Assembly (NCBI GenBank): GCA_050084515.1
Contig: CM114271.1
Location: 45,136,001-45,200,000 of the forward strand
DNA from: Blasia pusilla
Lineage: Eukaryota
Direction of reading: 5' to 3'
DNA length: 64,000 nt
Part shown: piece by piece, positions 11,115 to 24,250 of the stretch
Layout of the letters: the number at the start of each line of letters is the position of its first letter
Position numbering within the stretch: the first letter of the stretch is position 1
Position numbers and translations under genes: made by a program
The notes under the pieces: generated by a model
Seen by the model: only the letters and a program-made list of their open reading frames with translations
Databases searched by the model: none
What the model was told of the DNA's origin: nothing

Positions 11115-14100
11115 CTAGGGTCTCCGTTGATTGGGCCGTGAGAAGGATTGACCTGGTCGGGGGCTAGCTTGACCAAACCTCAACGGCACAATGGGCTTAA
11201 TATATCCCTCTTTAGGAAAGTGGCGGGAAGATTTCGGGAGCTTGGAAATCTCGGGAAGCCAATGCGCAACGTAATCTCCCTCAGGGTCGTAATTCTGTGC
11301 CTGGAATTTGAAGAATGCACGTCTTTAAAACATCCAAAGCGCGTTCCTTCAAGAAAAGCATATTTTCACTCATCACAGTTATAGTGATGCTTGACAAATA
11401 ACAATGTGCACGCACCACAACCGCAAATCAACCAAGGCGGAAATGTAGTCACAGCAACACGGAAGGAACTGTAACTGGAATCATGCCAAGAATTTTAGTC
11501 CTATGGAATTGAGTAGTTCGGGGGATAATGGGGTTTTCAAGTTTCACTCTCAGTGAAAAACTGCAAGCTGTTCTGCAGGGATTATGAGCACCTACCGAGG
11601 TGGGGGTTGTTGAGCTGTCATGGAACCGACTATTATTGAAAGTTGACTCTGCTATTGGCAAAGTGACCCAGGTAGAATAGTCATGGACAGTTGAAATACC
11701 TGTTTTGGAATGCTGAAGTATCGATCCTCGCGTGGGTCATTTCCTACCCCTGCAGCCACAGACGTCACGCGTTTCAACGAGAAAGTCGGAAATCTAAAAT
11801 AACTGTAGATTTTACGAGAAGATTTGACTCCTATAACAGGTATGAGAATATTTGACTTCTGTAACAGATACAACCGATAAGGCAGATAGAACAGTAAGTC
11901 TTTATGATTTATAAAGACAAAGATTAAGTTGTACTTCGCAACGAAGAAGCTCCACGAAAGGAACAAGTGGCCAAATCGAGACACCAATTCTGATTGATAG
12001 CAAAATAACAGAGGCTCTTACCGGCACCATATGTCCAATTGCCATAGTTCGAACAAGGATCATAATCAAGCAAACAAGTCTCGAACCATTCCGCTCCTAA
12101 TCGCCAATCGAGACCCATATCCCTCACCAAGAACGAGCAGACTATCTGCAAGCAAAGCAATGTCAAGAGAATATTAAAATTATTCCTCACCGCGGAAGTG
12201 TAGTTCGTTAGGTTTTTGCTGACCAGTGCACGGACGGAAACAAAACATTTGACATGCACAGCCCATTCTTCATATGTATCCAGATTATTGTTATTTTGTA
12301 AACCACTCAGCAGTTTAGATCTGAGGCGTTGACTTGGTGCACTCTCTCTCCTAGAATCTGTAAAAACTGCCATCTGTGCCGAAAAAATAGATGGGGAAAG
12401 CCTTCAAAATAAAGGTACGGGAGCACACATGCCTGTCTTCCACGGTTGGACATAAAGCCAGTTGACGCGAGTTCTTTCATGTTGGCATCAATAAGAGGAT
12501 ATCTGAACAATGCAACAAAGATGTTGAGTAGATATGACTATTCCTCAGGATGGCAAGCACAAAATGACTCATCTCATGTCACACATTACGTGCATGAATG
12601 TACCTGCAGGTGGAGAATAATTTGGAAGTCCAAGAAAGGAATTTATGGAAAGGAATTGAGGGCCAAGGATAGAAACTAATTACCCTGTCTGTCCATCTCG
12701 CCACGCTTCGAAAAGTAATTTATCCTGACTCCATGTTTTCCCCACCACGTCGCGAGGACCTCCTGCAAAACAACCAAGATATCTCCAATAATCAAGCAGC
12801 CACTTTACTTCTTCGACGCGAAAAATGATCGTTGCTAATTTCCCCACCTTAGCTGATAGCTGGATTCGAGTGCCATACATCAATCAGTGCTCAACAAAGT
12901 ACACGCCAGTGGAACATTTTTTGAACATTTTCATGTATTATAATTATTCTTCACGACGGGTTATTAAATCCCTCCCACCCATTACTTCATCTACCGTCCA
13001 CCACTTCAGCTGCAACCTAATTCCAGTTTCCACTATTTCTGTGAAGGACTTACAGGATTGAATGCGGCTCGGCAAAGAGATGGAAAACGTACCGATGTGG
13101 AAAATGGCGTTCCCATACTTGATAGAAAGGAACCGGAAGTAGTCCCGCCATAAAAGCTCAAAAAGGACCCTGCAGATTTGCAAACATAACTTGTTCAAGT
13201 TTTAAACTGGTGCACAGATGAAATACGACGGAGTGTTAAACGTGTGCTCTCGTTTTGAATCCAATGAATAATTGATGTACGTTGTGTGCAGCAAGATCGC
13301 AACAAATAATGGGCAACCTTTTGTAACCTTTGTCTCGGGAAGAGTTCATTGCAAATTCTCCAGGACAGACTATGATGCTATGTGATGCCCCACGAAAAAA
13401 CCACGCCAGGAGACACATAGTACCGTATGTTCTTTATTACCAAGTCCCAGGGAAAACATAAAGTTCCAGAAACTATGAGGGAAAGTTCGCTCCAAGAAGA
13501 TGATGGAACAATAAATAGTTACCTCCAGTATACAAGCACTTACCAGTAGGTTGATTGATTAGCCACTCTTTCGGCTTCATATCTGATCAACTACACAAGC
13601 CAACCTAACGGTCAGATACAGCTGTGATGTAAGAGGATTGGCTAGTAAAATGCTAACGATCCACAAAGTCATAATTGAGACGCAAGTTCGGGTATTAGTG
13701 TGAATTCAGTCAAACTTGATCGTCAGTACAGAAGCAGATCGCACCAAATTTACATGACACCAAAGTGAACTGTGGAGAAAGTGTTCTTTCCATATTTTAG
13801 GGTAGTTACACATAAAAAAAATCGTAGAAATTACAACCATGATTCATTTGTATGTAAGGAGACGACTGATTGTGTGAACCCAACTGAAGTGGAGGTAGAC
13901 TCCACTGAAAAGAAGTTTTACTCCCCAAAACTTTCTTCACTTCCGTATGGTGTGATTCAGTACATTTCAAGTCTTGCTACGAGATACAGCATGCAAGTGT
14001 CTTAAGAGAATCCACACTAGTGCAAAGATTAACTAGCCCCGAATGCTCATAACCAATTGTCCAACCTGATGGATGCATAAACTCATAAAGGCCTAGAGTC

Positions 14101-16684
14101 GTAACAAGCGCACAATTTCTAAGGAAAGCTAACAGAAATGAGTACAACTCCATACCTCAGCATTGATTATTCGTGGCGTGATGCAGCCATGAGCAAGCCA
14201 CGGTGAGAACTTTGTTGAGTAGTCTGCGCCAAGCATGCCATTCCTAGTATCTTTGTAAACACGAACCTTGTCCTAATACATCAAAACAAGTTTCAGTCTA
14301 CGCTTACTTTACCTCCATGTCCTACAAACAAGAGAATCCGATCTCTACTGCCTCCGAACGCGTGAACGAAACATTGAATGCTGGCAAACTCGGAAAGCAA
14401 TACACACCTTCACCCAAAAGTAATCATTAAGTCGAGCTAGGGCCGCTGTCTCCCCACCAACGAATCGCATTACTCCAAGAGGACTCTGAACGAGCAAAAT
14501 TAAGGTTGTCAGACGACTTGGTTTACCTGTTATTTGTCATTTGATATTAATTCCCTCGTTTAGCACCCCTCACGTTAGAATCGAAGTGTCCTGACATAAT
14601 TTTTCATGGGCAGAAAACAAGACATCCAACCCCAAATATCCGGAACTAGAACTTAGGTTGTAGAAGTAGTAAGACGTTGTCAGTTCCCTATGGAATGGCT
14701 ATCAAGTTGGATCTTGGAAAGTTCACTGGAGTCAGATGTACCTGTTGGATGTTTCCAATTACATGAGACTGGAGAAGGGAGAAAAATTAAAGAATTAACA
14801 TCATGACTGCATTCCATTCGGATATGTGATTGTACCTGCTCACGGGGTGAAAGACCGACATCGCCCAACGTGGGAAGTGAGCCACAACCGCCTATCTTTT
14901 CCATCCCATCAGGCAGGGGTCCAAGTGATGAAGGCATTTGACATGCTGGACGAATCTTGGCACCTGTCTCCACCGACTGCCAAGACAGTACTACACAATG
15001 AGGACATATGAAAAAAAGGTATTCTCGTAGAGATTATCTTCAACGTCACAGCATTGAACGTTTCTCAATTTACTTGATTAGTTTCTCTTCTTCTCATCGG
15101 AATACTCATATTGGATACGGGGAACAAAACTTTGTCTAAATGTGATGACATGGCCTATCAACATAGAAGCAAATGAGGTCCGATTTGAGCTACATCACCC
15201 CAGAATTATTAGCTTTTCTGCCTGTGCAAAGGCTACCACCCTCAGAGTAGCTACACTTCAGGAACTAAAGCTCATCTGACAGTACATCCTCCGAATCTGC
15301 GACAATGGCAAGTGTGGATTCTTAGATGGACCCCGAAGAGCACTCCAGAATTCGGTTCAGAAATCACTCCATGAGACAGACTGCGAGAACGACCTTACCT
15401 TACGGAACTGAGTGTAAACATCTGGTAAACGACTTGCAGGAAATGGCAAGTCATCAATATGATAAAGAGTTCCCCCCCAGACGAGTTCTAGCTTTGAATG
15501 TTGCTTTCGTGTAGAAGCCTCAGGCTTGCCAGTGGTGACTTCTTTTGTTTCAATCTCAACCTTTCCAAGTTGATTTTTAACATGTCGTTCCACAATTGTT
15601 TCTTCACTGGTTGTTTCCTTGTGCGTAAATACCTGTTGCAGGATAGGATAGACAAGTTGTCAGCTCCCTGTACCAAGACTGCGTAAACTCCAAGGTAAAA
15701 TTAGCAAATTCCAGGAAACAATAAACCTCATAGTGCGTAACTTGCTCGGGACAACAAATATCTTGACGGGTAAGAACAGTCGTAAATATCGAGTTGTTGG
15801 ACTTATTCCACTCCTTCTCATGTCCAACGGGATCGCTCCACAGGTGAATTATAGTCAGATCGCAGAGTCCACAGTGGAGAGAAGGAAAAAGTAGGGGGAA
15901 GGCAGTTGAAGGGATCGGATGTCAGAGACTTGGCGAGCTACTTCTCGTTATACAGACGGTGTCCTTACGGTGTGAGCTCCGACAGCCGCAGCCAAATTGG
16001 GAACGATGTCCTCAGGTTTGCCGAGGCGAATAACCAAATCTAATCCACGCTGTTGCAAATTCTTTCGCAGGTCGTCCACACTCTCCAAGATAAATTGTGC
16101 ACGCAATTCTGCAATAGACTCTTCAACTCAGTAACAATAGTTAAACTGAAACTTCGAAATATGTCACGGTGACAGCATTTCCAGTTTGGTGACGAACAGG
16201 AGAACGTCGGACACACAGATGAAATCCAACACAGAGAAATTCAGGGATTCTCGACGGAAAATATCAATTTCACGCAGATGCCACAGAGAATTCTAGGGCA
16301 CGTCCAGAAACTAAGGTGATTGATGACGAGCGGAATTGTAACCTCGGCACTCGACCTGATTTGTAGTGGATTAAGAGAAATACCTCCAGTTTTTGGAAAC
16401 TTGAATATATGAGTGGTAGAGAAGAGTCTTGGATCGAGACAGTAAACAGGGAGCACTGCATTCGATGTCTGCCAGGCCCGCAATAATGCCTCGTTATCGG
16501 ATACGCGCAAATCATTTCTGAACCACACCACTGCTGTACCCGTTCCCTGCCTGCGGAGTTTCTCCCCACGACTATCCTTAGAAGCCATGACTTGTACTGA
16601 CCGTTCCGCGCTTACGGAAATTCTGGGAAGACTCCCGCTGGCAACGAATTGACTGCCCGTTGTGAAAAACTTGCTTCCTACCAT
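11115..16684 (-). CDS. CRYD: Cryptochrome DASH (CRY3-like photolyase/cryptochrome), ~547 aa, 13 coding exons
   Basis: Exons 16684-16384, 16108-15969, 15632-15399, 14976-14836, 14485-14408, 14272-14156, 13590-13544, 13169-13093, 12762-12684, 12502-12433, 12145-12022, 11749-11700 and 11300-11115 splice in frame (1644 nt). Motifs: [97 protein letters not shown]. The Ser-rich N-terminus looks like a transit peptide. Confidence 0.95.
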
Positions 16685-17944
16685 AGCGAGAAGCCCACGA
16701 CAAGTATCTATTTAGTGAGTCTTGCAAGCATTCATTTCGAAATAGCCTGTAAATTCACAGTTTTTCTTAACTTTGCCTTCCCGTCGAATAGGAGTGCGGC
16801 CAGATCAAGGCTCCAACCCTGTAGGCTTGCAATTGTCAAATTTGATTTTGTTATGGGCGGGAAATAAGAGATTGAAACTTCTTGCTGTCCGATAAAAACG
16901 CTAGTCTGTGTCTGTGTCACAATAGGGTGCAATGGTCTGGCCCGGTGGACAAACACAGCAGCACAGCTGAGTATCGTCACATGCTATTCCAAAGCTACAA
17001 GTCCTAACATAGAAAAAAAAAATCTGTCTTTCTATTACGCGCTAGTTGCTATCTACCTCGAGCCGAATGGTACATTACCCTGAACATCAATCGACCCAAG
17101 AGCCTACGGCCTCTAAGAACCTGTGCGTGCATGTTGCCAGCCAAGTTTGTCATCCTTCAGCCGCATTTGAGTCGCGTTTCCGCCTGGCATTGCACGACTT
17201 TTACTGTGAACATCTCTCGTCCAGTCGAAGACACTCTGACGTTTAGGTCCAGAAACTAAGGTGATTGACGTAAACCCAGATATCCTCGACCTCTACGTCT
17301 AACGCCAACCCTCTCTTTACTCCCGGAACTTGGGTTAGAAGAGTTCCCTCACTTACCACGACTTGAAAGCATTAGAGCTGCTGTAGATCGTCACGGCTCA
17401 AAGCAAGTATCACACACGCTTGTCACGTCCGGAGTGGATACTGTGTGAGCAGTAGAAGCCACGGAGCTGAAATCGGTCGGGCTTTCGAAAACAAGAAGTT
17501 GGTAGCGTGTAGATGCATTCTTGCCGGTGCTCGGGATCTCTGCACCGACTCCCGGATGCGTATCGAGCTTCCACTTTCCTCTTACATCTGCAACTGTAAT
17601 GGCTCCCATGCATCCACGTCTCCTCTGCTCCACTCTCCCGCACGCGGACATCACTTGGGGGTTTGTTCACGACATCGTCACCAACCCACCGCCACATAAC
17701 AGTGGTAGCACTGCGGGAAGGACTTTCTAAAGAGTAGAAATGCTAATTGACTACCATATTCTGCAATAAGTGCATAGACGGCAACTTTTCCGTTCTCTTT
17801 ATTTATGATCACTTTTTATTTGGCAGTATGGGACTCTGGGTAAACAGGTAAAAACTAAGTGGCCATTAATGGCCAAAACACGACGAAGCTGGGAGTCAGC
17901 GACAGGGTGTACGCACTGAGATCTTACCAGATCAGCGACAAAAT
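16685..17944 (-). other. Putative spliced 5' UTR of the CRY-DASH gene (exons 17944-17928, 17726-17357, 17003-16685)
   Basis: Minus-strand splice signals: polypyrimidine+CAG before 17944, GTAAGA after 17928, CTTTAG before 17726, GTAAGT after 17357, poly-T..TTAG before 17003. Confidence 0.35.
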
Positions 17945-19115
17945 CTGAACGAGAGCTCGAAAGCAGAAAAGAATCGGCGGGCAACAAAACTGTGATAGTT
18001 GTGCCCCTTGAGAAACATTATGCGTGTTTGAGATGTTCACTCGGCAGGCACTTCCACGGAAGCTCGTAGTGTTGCTCGTCTCTAGAGAAAGCGAAGTGCC
18101 AGGATGGCGTGAAATGGTTACCACAATCAAGGAAAATTTTGGCACCACGGAGGATCATCGCTGTGTGTCCGCGTGGGAAGACGCTGGATCCGCGGCGATC
18201 TCGCGGTGTTTCTTGACGGACGTTTGAGTATCGCAGTACCAATGACAATCAGCCACAAGAACACACCGTGAGCGTGTCGATCCTGGAGCTGCAACCTAAG
18301 AGTCCAGCGTTCTACTGCCACACGAATTGTAAGTTATATGGTGATTTAGATGTTTCTTAAGTGTCTTTGCGATTCGCTAGGTACAATCCCAAGCTTTTTG
18401 GTACCCTATCGCTGGAGATCACTATTCACAGCGTATTCTTTCTCGTTCCAAATCATGCTACTCCTCTACGCTGAACGCGCCGAACAATGGAGTCAAAATT
18501 GGTCTGAACTAAAATCTCTTTGTACGATATGTGAAGTTCCGGGAGGTAACTTATCTTCAAAGACAGGGAGGCAGGCGGAGCAAAGAATAGAAGAACAAAA
18601 CGTGCGCGGAGACGAGCCTCGGATAACTTTCCGTGAAAACGACGCGAACTCGGAGCGGAGCTGCCGAAGCACACGCCCGCACGCTTGAAAGGTGGTCTTA
18701 CACACGCGCCATTTGAATTTCGAGGAGCGGGACAAAGATCATTGATTGATTGATCTACTGGAAACTATGATGTAAGTTCAAGTAGACGGTGTGAGTAGCG
18801 CTGATTCTTCTCTGATCATCGAGCTTGATGCTGCAGGAGCTTTCGATGTGAGCTTCTCTTCGCCATCGAGCGCAGATGACTGCAATGTTAAGGTGGGTTT
18901 CCTTGCCAACCTCATTGGAATCAGAGAGAGTCCAAAGTTAGAAGTAGGGTGCTTTCCCAACACTCACCGACTGCTTTGTAAGGATTCGTTGTGAGCTGAT
19001 CGCTGTAGACCTTCTCACGTCTAAAGTTTAGTGAATGCTTTGTTAGGATTCATTGAGCATTTACGCAGAAATAATATGATAAGAGTTGTATCTCTAATAA
19101 TATTATTAACGGAAG

Positions 19116-19297
19116 TATTTGTTCTAACGGATCTTTACATGATACACTTCATTAACAAACGAGAAAGAGTTAAAAGAAGATTTTATAAAAATATTTAATT
19201 ATAATCTATTTGTTTTAACGGATCTTTACATGATACACTTCATTAACAAACGAGAAAGAGTTAAAAGAAGATTTTATAAAAATATTTAATTATAATC
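19116..19297. repeat. 91-bp tandem duplication
   Basis: 19116-19206 and 19207-19297 are identical except for one substitution. Confidence 0.95.
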
Positions 19298-20903
19298 TAT
19301 ACTATAATGTGAGGAGGGTGTTACCTATTGTGGAAATTAGTGTGTTGCCCCTTTGAGATAGGTGACCCTTTGATAGGCTCCATGGGGGAAGGAAAAAATT
19401 CAGGGAGAGCTTGTAAGGGTCTCTAAAGTAGTCATATGACCTTACCTCTTCGAAAAAAATGTGAAGAGATCACTCCCAACAACCCTATATTTGGATCTCA
19501 CGCCACTTGATACACACAAGATACATGTTAGATTATGAATAAAGGTTTACTTACTCTATTCTATTGAGGATGGGGTAGCTATGAGTGGAACCCCACACCT
19601 TTACGCGGAGTAAAATACTTCACTCTTTGTATCAAAATATAGAGGCTACTCATGATCCACATACTCGATGAAATACTTGGATCGTAGTAATTTCCATCCA
19701 CACAATTGTGCTTGTATGGATGGTGTACCAAATGAGTGGCTCATAAACAAGTAATTGAGTATAAAGAAGGAGCGAGCTAGGCAACTTTGGAGCGATGTCG
19801 ATGTCAATTGAAGGCTTGAAGTTGGAGGAGTTGAGATTCTTTCAAACACAGGCAAATTGTCTGTGGGTAGGCAAACCAACACATATGACAGTTTGTGCAA
19901 AACACAGGGTGAAAGGTCCTTTTGGCACCACTTCACTAAATCTGTAGATATATTTCCATGACCCATGGTTGGCATTTTACTATTCTAACCTATAAGAGAA
20001 CATCTAGAAGCTTGATGTAGTGAGTACATGCTAGATCGGAACCAAGAATGGATGAAGCAAATAGGATGTGAGATGTGCCTATATCATTCTCACGATCGTG
20101 GAGATTCGTTAGAACGTGCCATCATCTGTTGATGGTGCATAAGGGATGGTAAGCAATAACCTTTTTTCCAAGTGGGTCGATGACAAGTATCTATAGGCAA
20201 AGAAGCGGTGCTTGCTCAATTCGGTCTACATAAATAGACCTCTGACATGGAAAATTTCTATCGTCTAATTGGATCAGGGGCATACATACCTAAAATGATC
20301 ACATGATTTCAATATGAGTTCTATCTAAATTATTGAGATGGTATCAAGATTGAGAATTTCTGGATCTTTACAGATTTTCTCCATCATTATTTCCTTCGGC
20401 CGTTGCATGCATTAGGATTACGGTTGATTGTTGGCTTGCTTTGAGAGTATGTGAGGGACAGTGGGGATGAAAACTGGGAAGGGAAAGACAAACCTCTTGA
20501 GCTTGCTCCGTGCGTTCCTTTCCCAAGCACCTCCCTTGGTGTGAATTGTTTCTTGTAAGTATTTATCACAAACATCTCCTCACCATAAACAACTTCCTTG
20601 GTAACATAGTGTAATGTTCAATCGCCCATGTGTTTGTTTGTTGAAGGAGTTTTACATCCTACTTGAATTGAAGAGTCATTATTGCAAGTGAGTAGCTAAA
20701 TTATCAAAGATATGCCAAGTCTGTCAACCAATAGAGAAGGGGAAGACCATGCACAATTTTTAATGACATGGAAGATTGATAAAAGCATGAAATATGCAAA
20801 TTTTTCTTTTTATATTACATCATAATTAATACAATTAGATTTGTATGTGAGAGAAAAATTGTATTTTAAAAATTTTAAGTCGGACGTTGGTATATCCAAC
20901 TAG
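19296..20903 (+). mobile_element. Possible non-autonomous Helitron
   Basis: A|TCTATACTATAA start and CTAG|T end with a short palindrome; no coding evidence. Confidence 0.35.
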
Positions 20904-22517
20904 TATTCTTAAAGAGTCGGAGAGATAGCTATGAATTTTCTATTGGAAGATTTCAAAGATTTTTGTAAAAGTTACATTTTTAAGAAGTGGAAGAGATAGT
21001 CTTGAATTTTCAAGGAGGAGACTTCATCAAAGATTTTCAGTTTTTATGTTTTGTAAATTAGGAAAATAGTAATAAGGTTTAATTAATGTCGATAGAGGAG
21101 AAATTTTTCACTATACTCATCATTTTAAGTTTTTTTATTATAAAATTTATATCAAAAGAATATTTTGTAAAGAATCGTTCAAAAGTATTAACTTCAATGG
21201 GAGATAGGAGGAAATATATTGGGATTACAGCAGACAAGTGAATTAATGTTCTTGGATCATTTAGCAACAACCTCAAATTTACTTAATACTTCAAAAAAGA
21301 ATTTATTTGAAGTTATAATTGACTCTCTTAATCATGATAAATATGTTCCGATATAATATGGTAGAATGACATTAGAATGGTGACATGTGTGCACAAGTCA
21401 CTTATATAAAGTATGGAAGAACAAGGAGATTGCAACCTAATGAGAGAGGAGTTTTAAATTGATTCTATCATTGTTGAGCCCGCTAGTATGGAGGTACCTA
21501 AGTCTTTATCTCATACGTGGATCGAAACTACTATTTGTTGACACTCTCTCGTAAATTCCACTAGAACTTTTAAAGAATTTAAGAGAGAGTTGTATGGTAA
21601 ATTTATAATGAGAGTGATTGTAAAGCTCTTCTCCTCTTTAGGTATATTCCTTCATTCTCCTAAGGCCTCCCTAGGTAACTTGCATACACAAGTCACTATT
21701 TTAGTTTCAAATTATCTTGTCAAATCATGATTTATCTTTCCAACTAGAAAATCAACTAAGATGGTAAGTTAATTAACAATGGATGAGACTTTCAAAATTT
21801 ATGGATCTGTTTGCATACGTGTGTCATTCATCTCTCAAAGCTACATTACCGTATTAGAGCTTCAATTGTTGATGAGGGGATGAATACCACACCATATCCT
21901 TTAATGTCATATTGTGATGCTTATAGCCATAATGTCTTCTCAATTATTGTGTTCAATTCCTCATGTCAAATCTTGCTTCATTAGTGAGGGTTACTAAATC
22001 TTGTTAGTTCAAACAAGTCCAAATTGTTGATGATGGTAAGGGTGTTATTTTTTGTAAGAGAACATTGAGGTATTGATTGCGAAGGGGTGACAATGTGAGT
22101 TATCCAAGCAAGTAAGTGACAATGTGAGTTATCCAAGGTTGTATCTAATTACAACCTTATACTTATGAAGAATTTTAATAGTAAGATATCTCTTTTTGCA
22201 AAAACATGAAAAATACAAGTTTGTAGGAATTTTTCGTTCATTTTATTATATATCAAGCGCATGGAAAAATCATGCATTCCAGATGCATTGGGGAGGTATC
22301 ATGCTTATCTATGATGAAGTAGAAGATTTAGTCCAACCTAGATATTTTTCCGATATACATCTAGCGAATTACATGTAAACATAGATGAGAATGTTGCATA
22401 TGTACTTTCTTGTTATTTTAAGATATAGCTTTTAAGTAGTGCATATGCATGTCGTATCCTTGCAACCACAGACTATCCGCTTCGGTCAGACGATGCTAGA
22501 GTTGGATGAGCATATAG

Positions 22518-22862
22518 CAAGGTTGCATATGAACAAATTCTTTGTCCACAGACATATCCATATCCATGGACTTACGTTCGCCCTTTAGGAAGTATTTGTC
22601 TGTATGGATCCCATCTCCCTGTTCTTTCTCATCCCTCCCACTTGCTTTCATGATTCGCATTTTCTCATTTCTTCCTCCTTCCACTTCCATTCCGTGAATT
22701 TCCCTCCCTCCTTATCTATCCGTCCGTCCGTCCTTGCCTTGCCTTCCATCATGAACTAAAAGTGTGGACCCCATCTGTTGCAATCAATGTCCATGGACAT
22801 ATGTAGATTTGTCCATCCACATCCGTCTTAAAGATGGACTTGTTTGTTTTTATGCAACCATG
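22518..22862 (-). mobile_element. hAT-type MITE, copy a
   Basis: TIRs CAAGGTTGCA / TGCAACCATG; 8-bp TSD-like GCATATAG / GCGTAGAG; internal similarity to copies b and c. Confidence 0.7.
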
Positions 22863-22922
22863 GCGTAGAGAGAACGAAGAAATGAAGCGGACCTTATATA
22901 AAATTGAGGACTTTCTTAAGAC

Positions 22923-23189
22923 AATGGTTGCAAAAAAACGGATATGGACATGGATTGCAAGAGGTGGGATCCACACTTATAGTTCATGATGGAAAGTAGG
23001 GCAAGAGCAAGTTAAGTAATAAGGAAGGAGAAGGGAAGAAATGGGAGAATATGGTACACGAAAGAAAGTGGAGGGATGACAAAGAAAGGGAAGATGGAGC
23101 CCACAAGAATAAATCCTTCCATAAGACGGACGTATGTCTACGGTCATGGATATATCTACATACACATACTTTGTCCACATGTAACCTTG
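22923..23189 (+). mobile_element. hAT-type MITE, copy b (inverted relative to copy a)
   Basis: TIRs AATGGTTGCA / TGTAACCTTG; 8-bp TSD CTTAAGAC / CTTAAGAG. Confidence 0.7.
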
Positions 23190-23899
23190 CTTAAGAGGAT
23201 TATTTAAGATTTAAACTCAACAGAAAGAGGAGATATTTTCATGGCTTCATCATGAATAGTCTATAAGCTTTCCCCATTACTTTGATTACGGTATCCATAA
23301 ATGATTTCTCCTCTTACTCCCACAATTTAGTATTATAGGGAGGTTGGTTGGTTGCATGATTTTTTTGAACCTCTTTACCTCTAAGAATTAATTTGCTTTC
23401 TTGGGCTTCTTTGGGCCCAAATCATATTAAAAGTGTACTTTGTATCATTAGATGTACTTGGGCACTTTTGATTCTATTACTCTGGCTAGGAAGACTGTCA
23501 TTTAGGGAATCTTCTACTCAACTTGGTACCAATGCTAGTCTTGGTTATCCCAGTTGGTTTTCAATATCATTATACCACTCCAATATGTTTTCTTCTCAAC
23601 CACACTTTCACATTAAAGAATATGAGGAAGATCATATTTTGAAGTTCTTCTTGAGACTAAGGAAGCACAAGTAAATAAAAGAACAAGAACAACAACTCCC
23701 ACTCGAATACCTAGTACACTATCCTCTATTTTTCTATGATAGGGAGTAGATAAGATATTGCAGAGAGAAGGATAGTGGAGGCATCCTCGGACCACTCCTT
23801 GTAGGATGTCTTTTACCAATTCTGTACAAACCATATTCAAATGTACTTTCTCCACCATTCTCCACATTTTCCTTCTAAGCCAAGTCTTCAATAAGCTAT

Positions 23900-24250
23900 A
23901 TATGTTTAGTCATGACGCCACCAGGTGGTAAATGCCTACTTGATCTCCAAGAAGAAATTGTATGTGGACCTCCTCCCTTTTTTCCTACCTAAGACAAATT
24001 TTATAGAAGGCAAAGATGTAATCTATCTATCCTTTAGCATATCGATCGAAAACTTGCCTTCCTCGCTTGATGACAATATTGTTTTCTATGTGCATGGAGG
24101 TTTGATGTATGTGGAGACAACAAAAGAGCTTCTTGGGTATGCCCAACAATATAATCCTCAAGTAACTTCCAACATCTTTGCATTCACCCTTCTTGCAAAG
24201 GCTCACAATATCTCCTTTGTAGAATGCCACCTTTGTGGAATAACGACTAC
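23900..24250 (-). pseudogene. Decayed LINE reverse transcriptase fragment
   Basis: GDIVSLCKKGECKDVGSYLRIILL..GRQVFD resembles the non-LTR RT motif IxPxxKKGxxxxxxNYRxIxLL..GR..D. Confidence 0.5.

Noticed and set aside
16732-16980. 82-aa ORF as an N-terminal extension of CRY-DASH
   Set aside because: Non-ATG start, and an in-frame stop lies 10 codons upstream of ATG 16684; no supported splice joining them.
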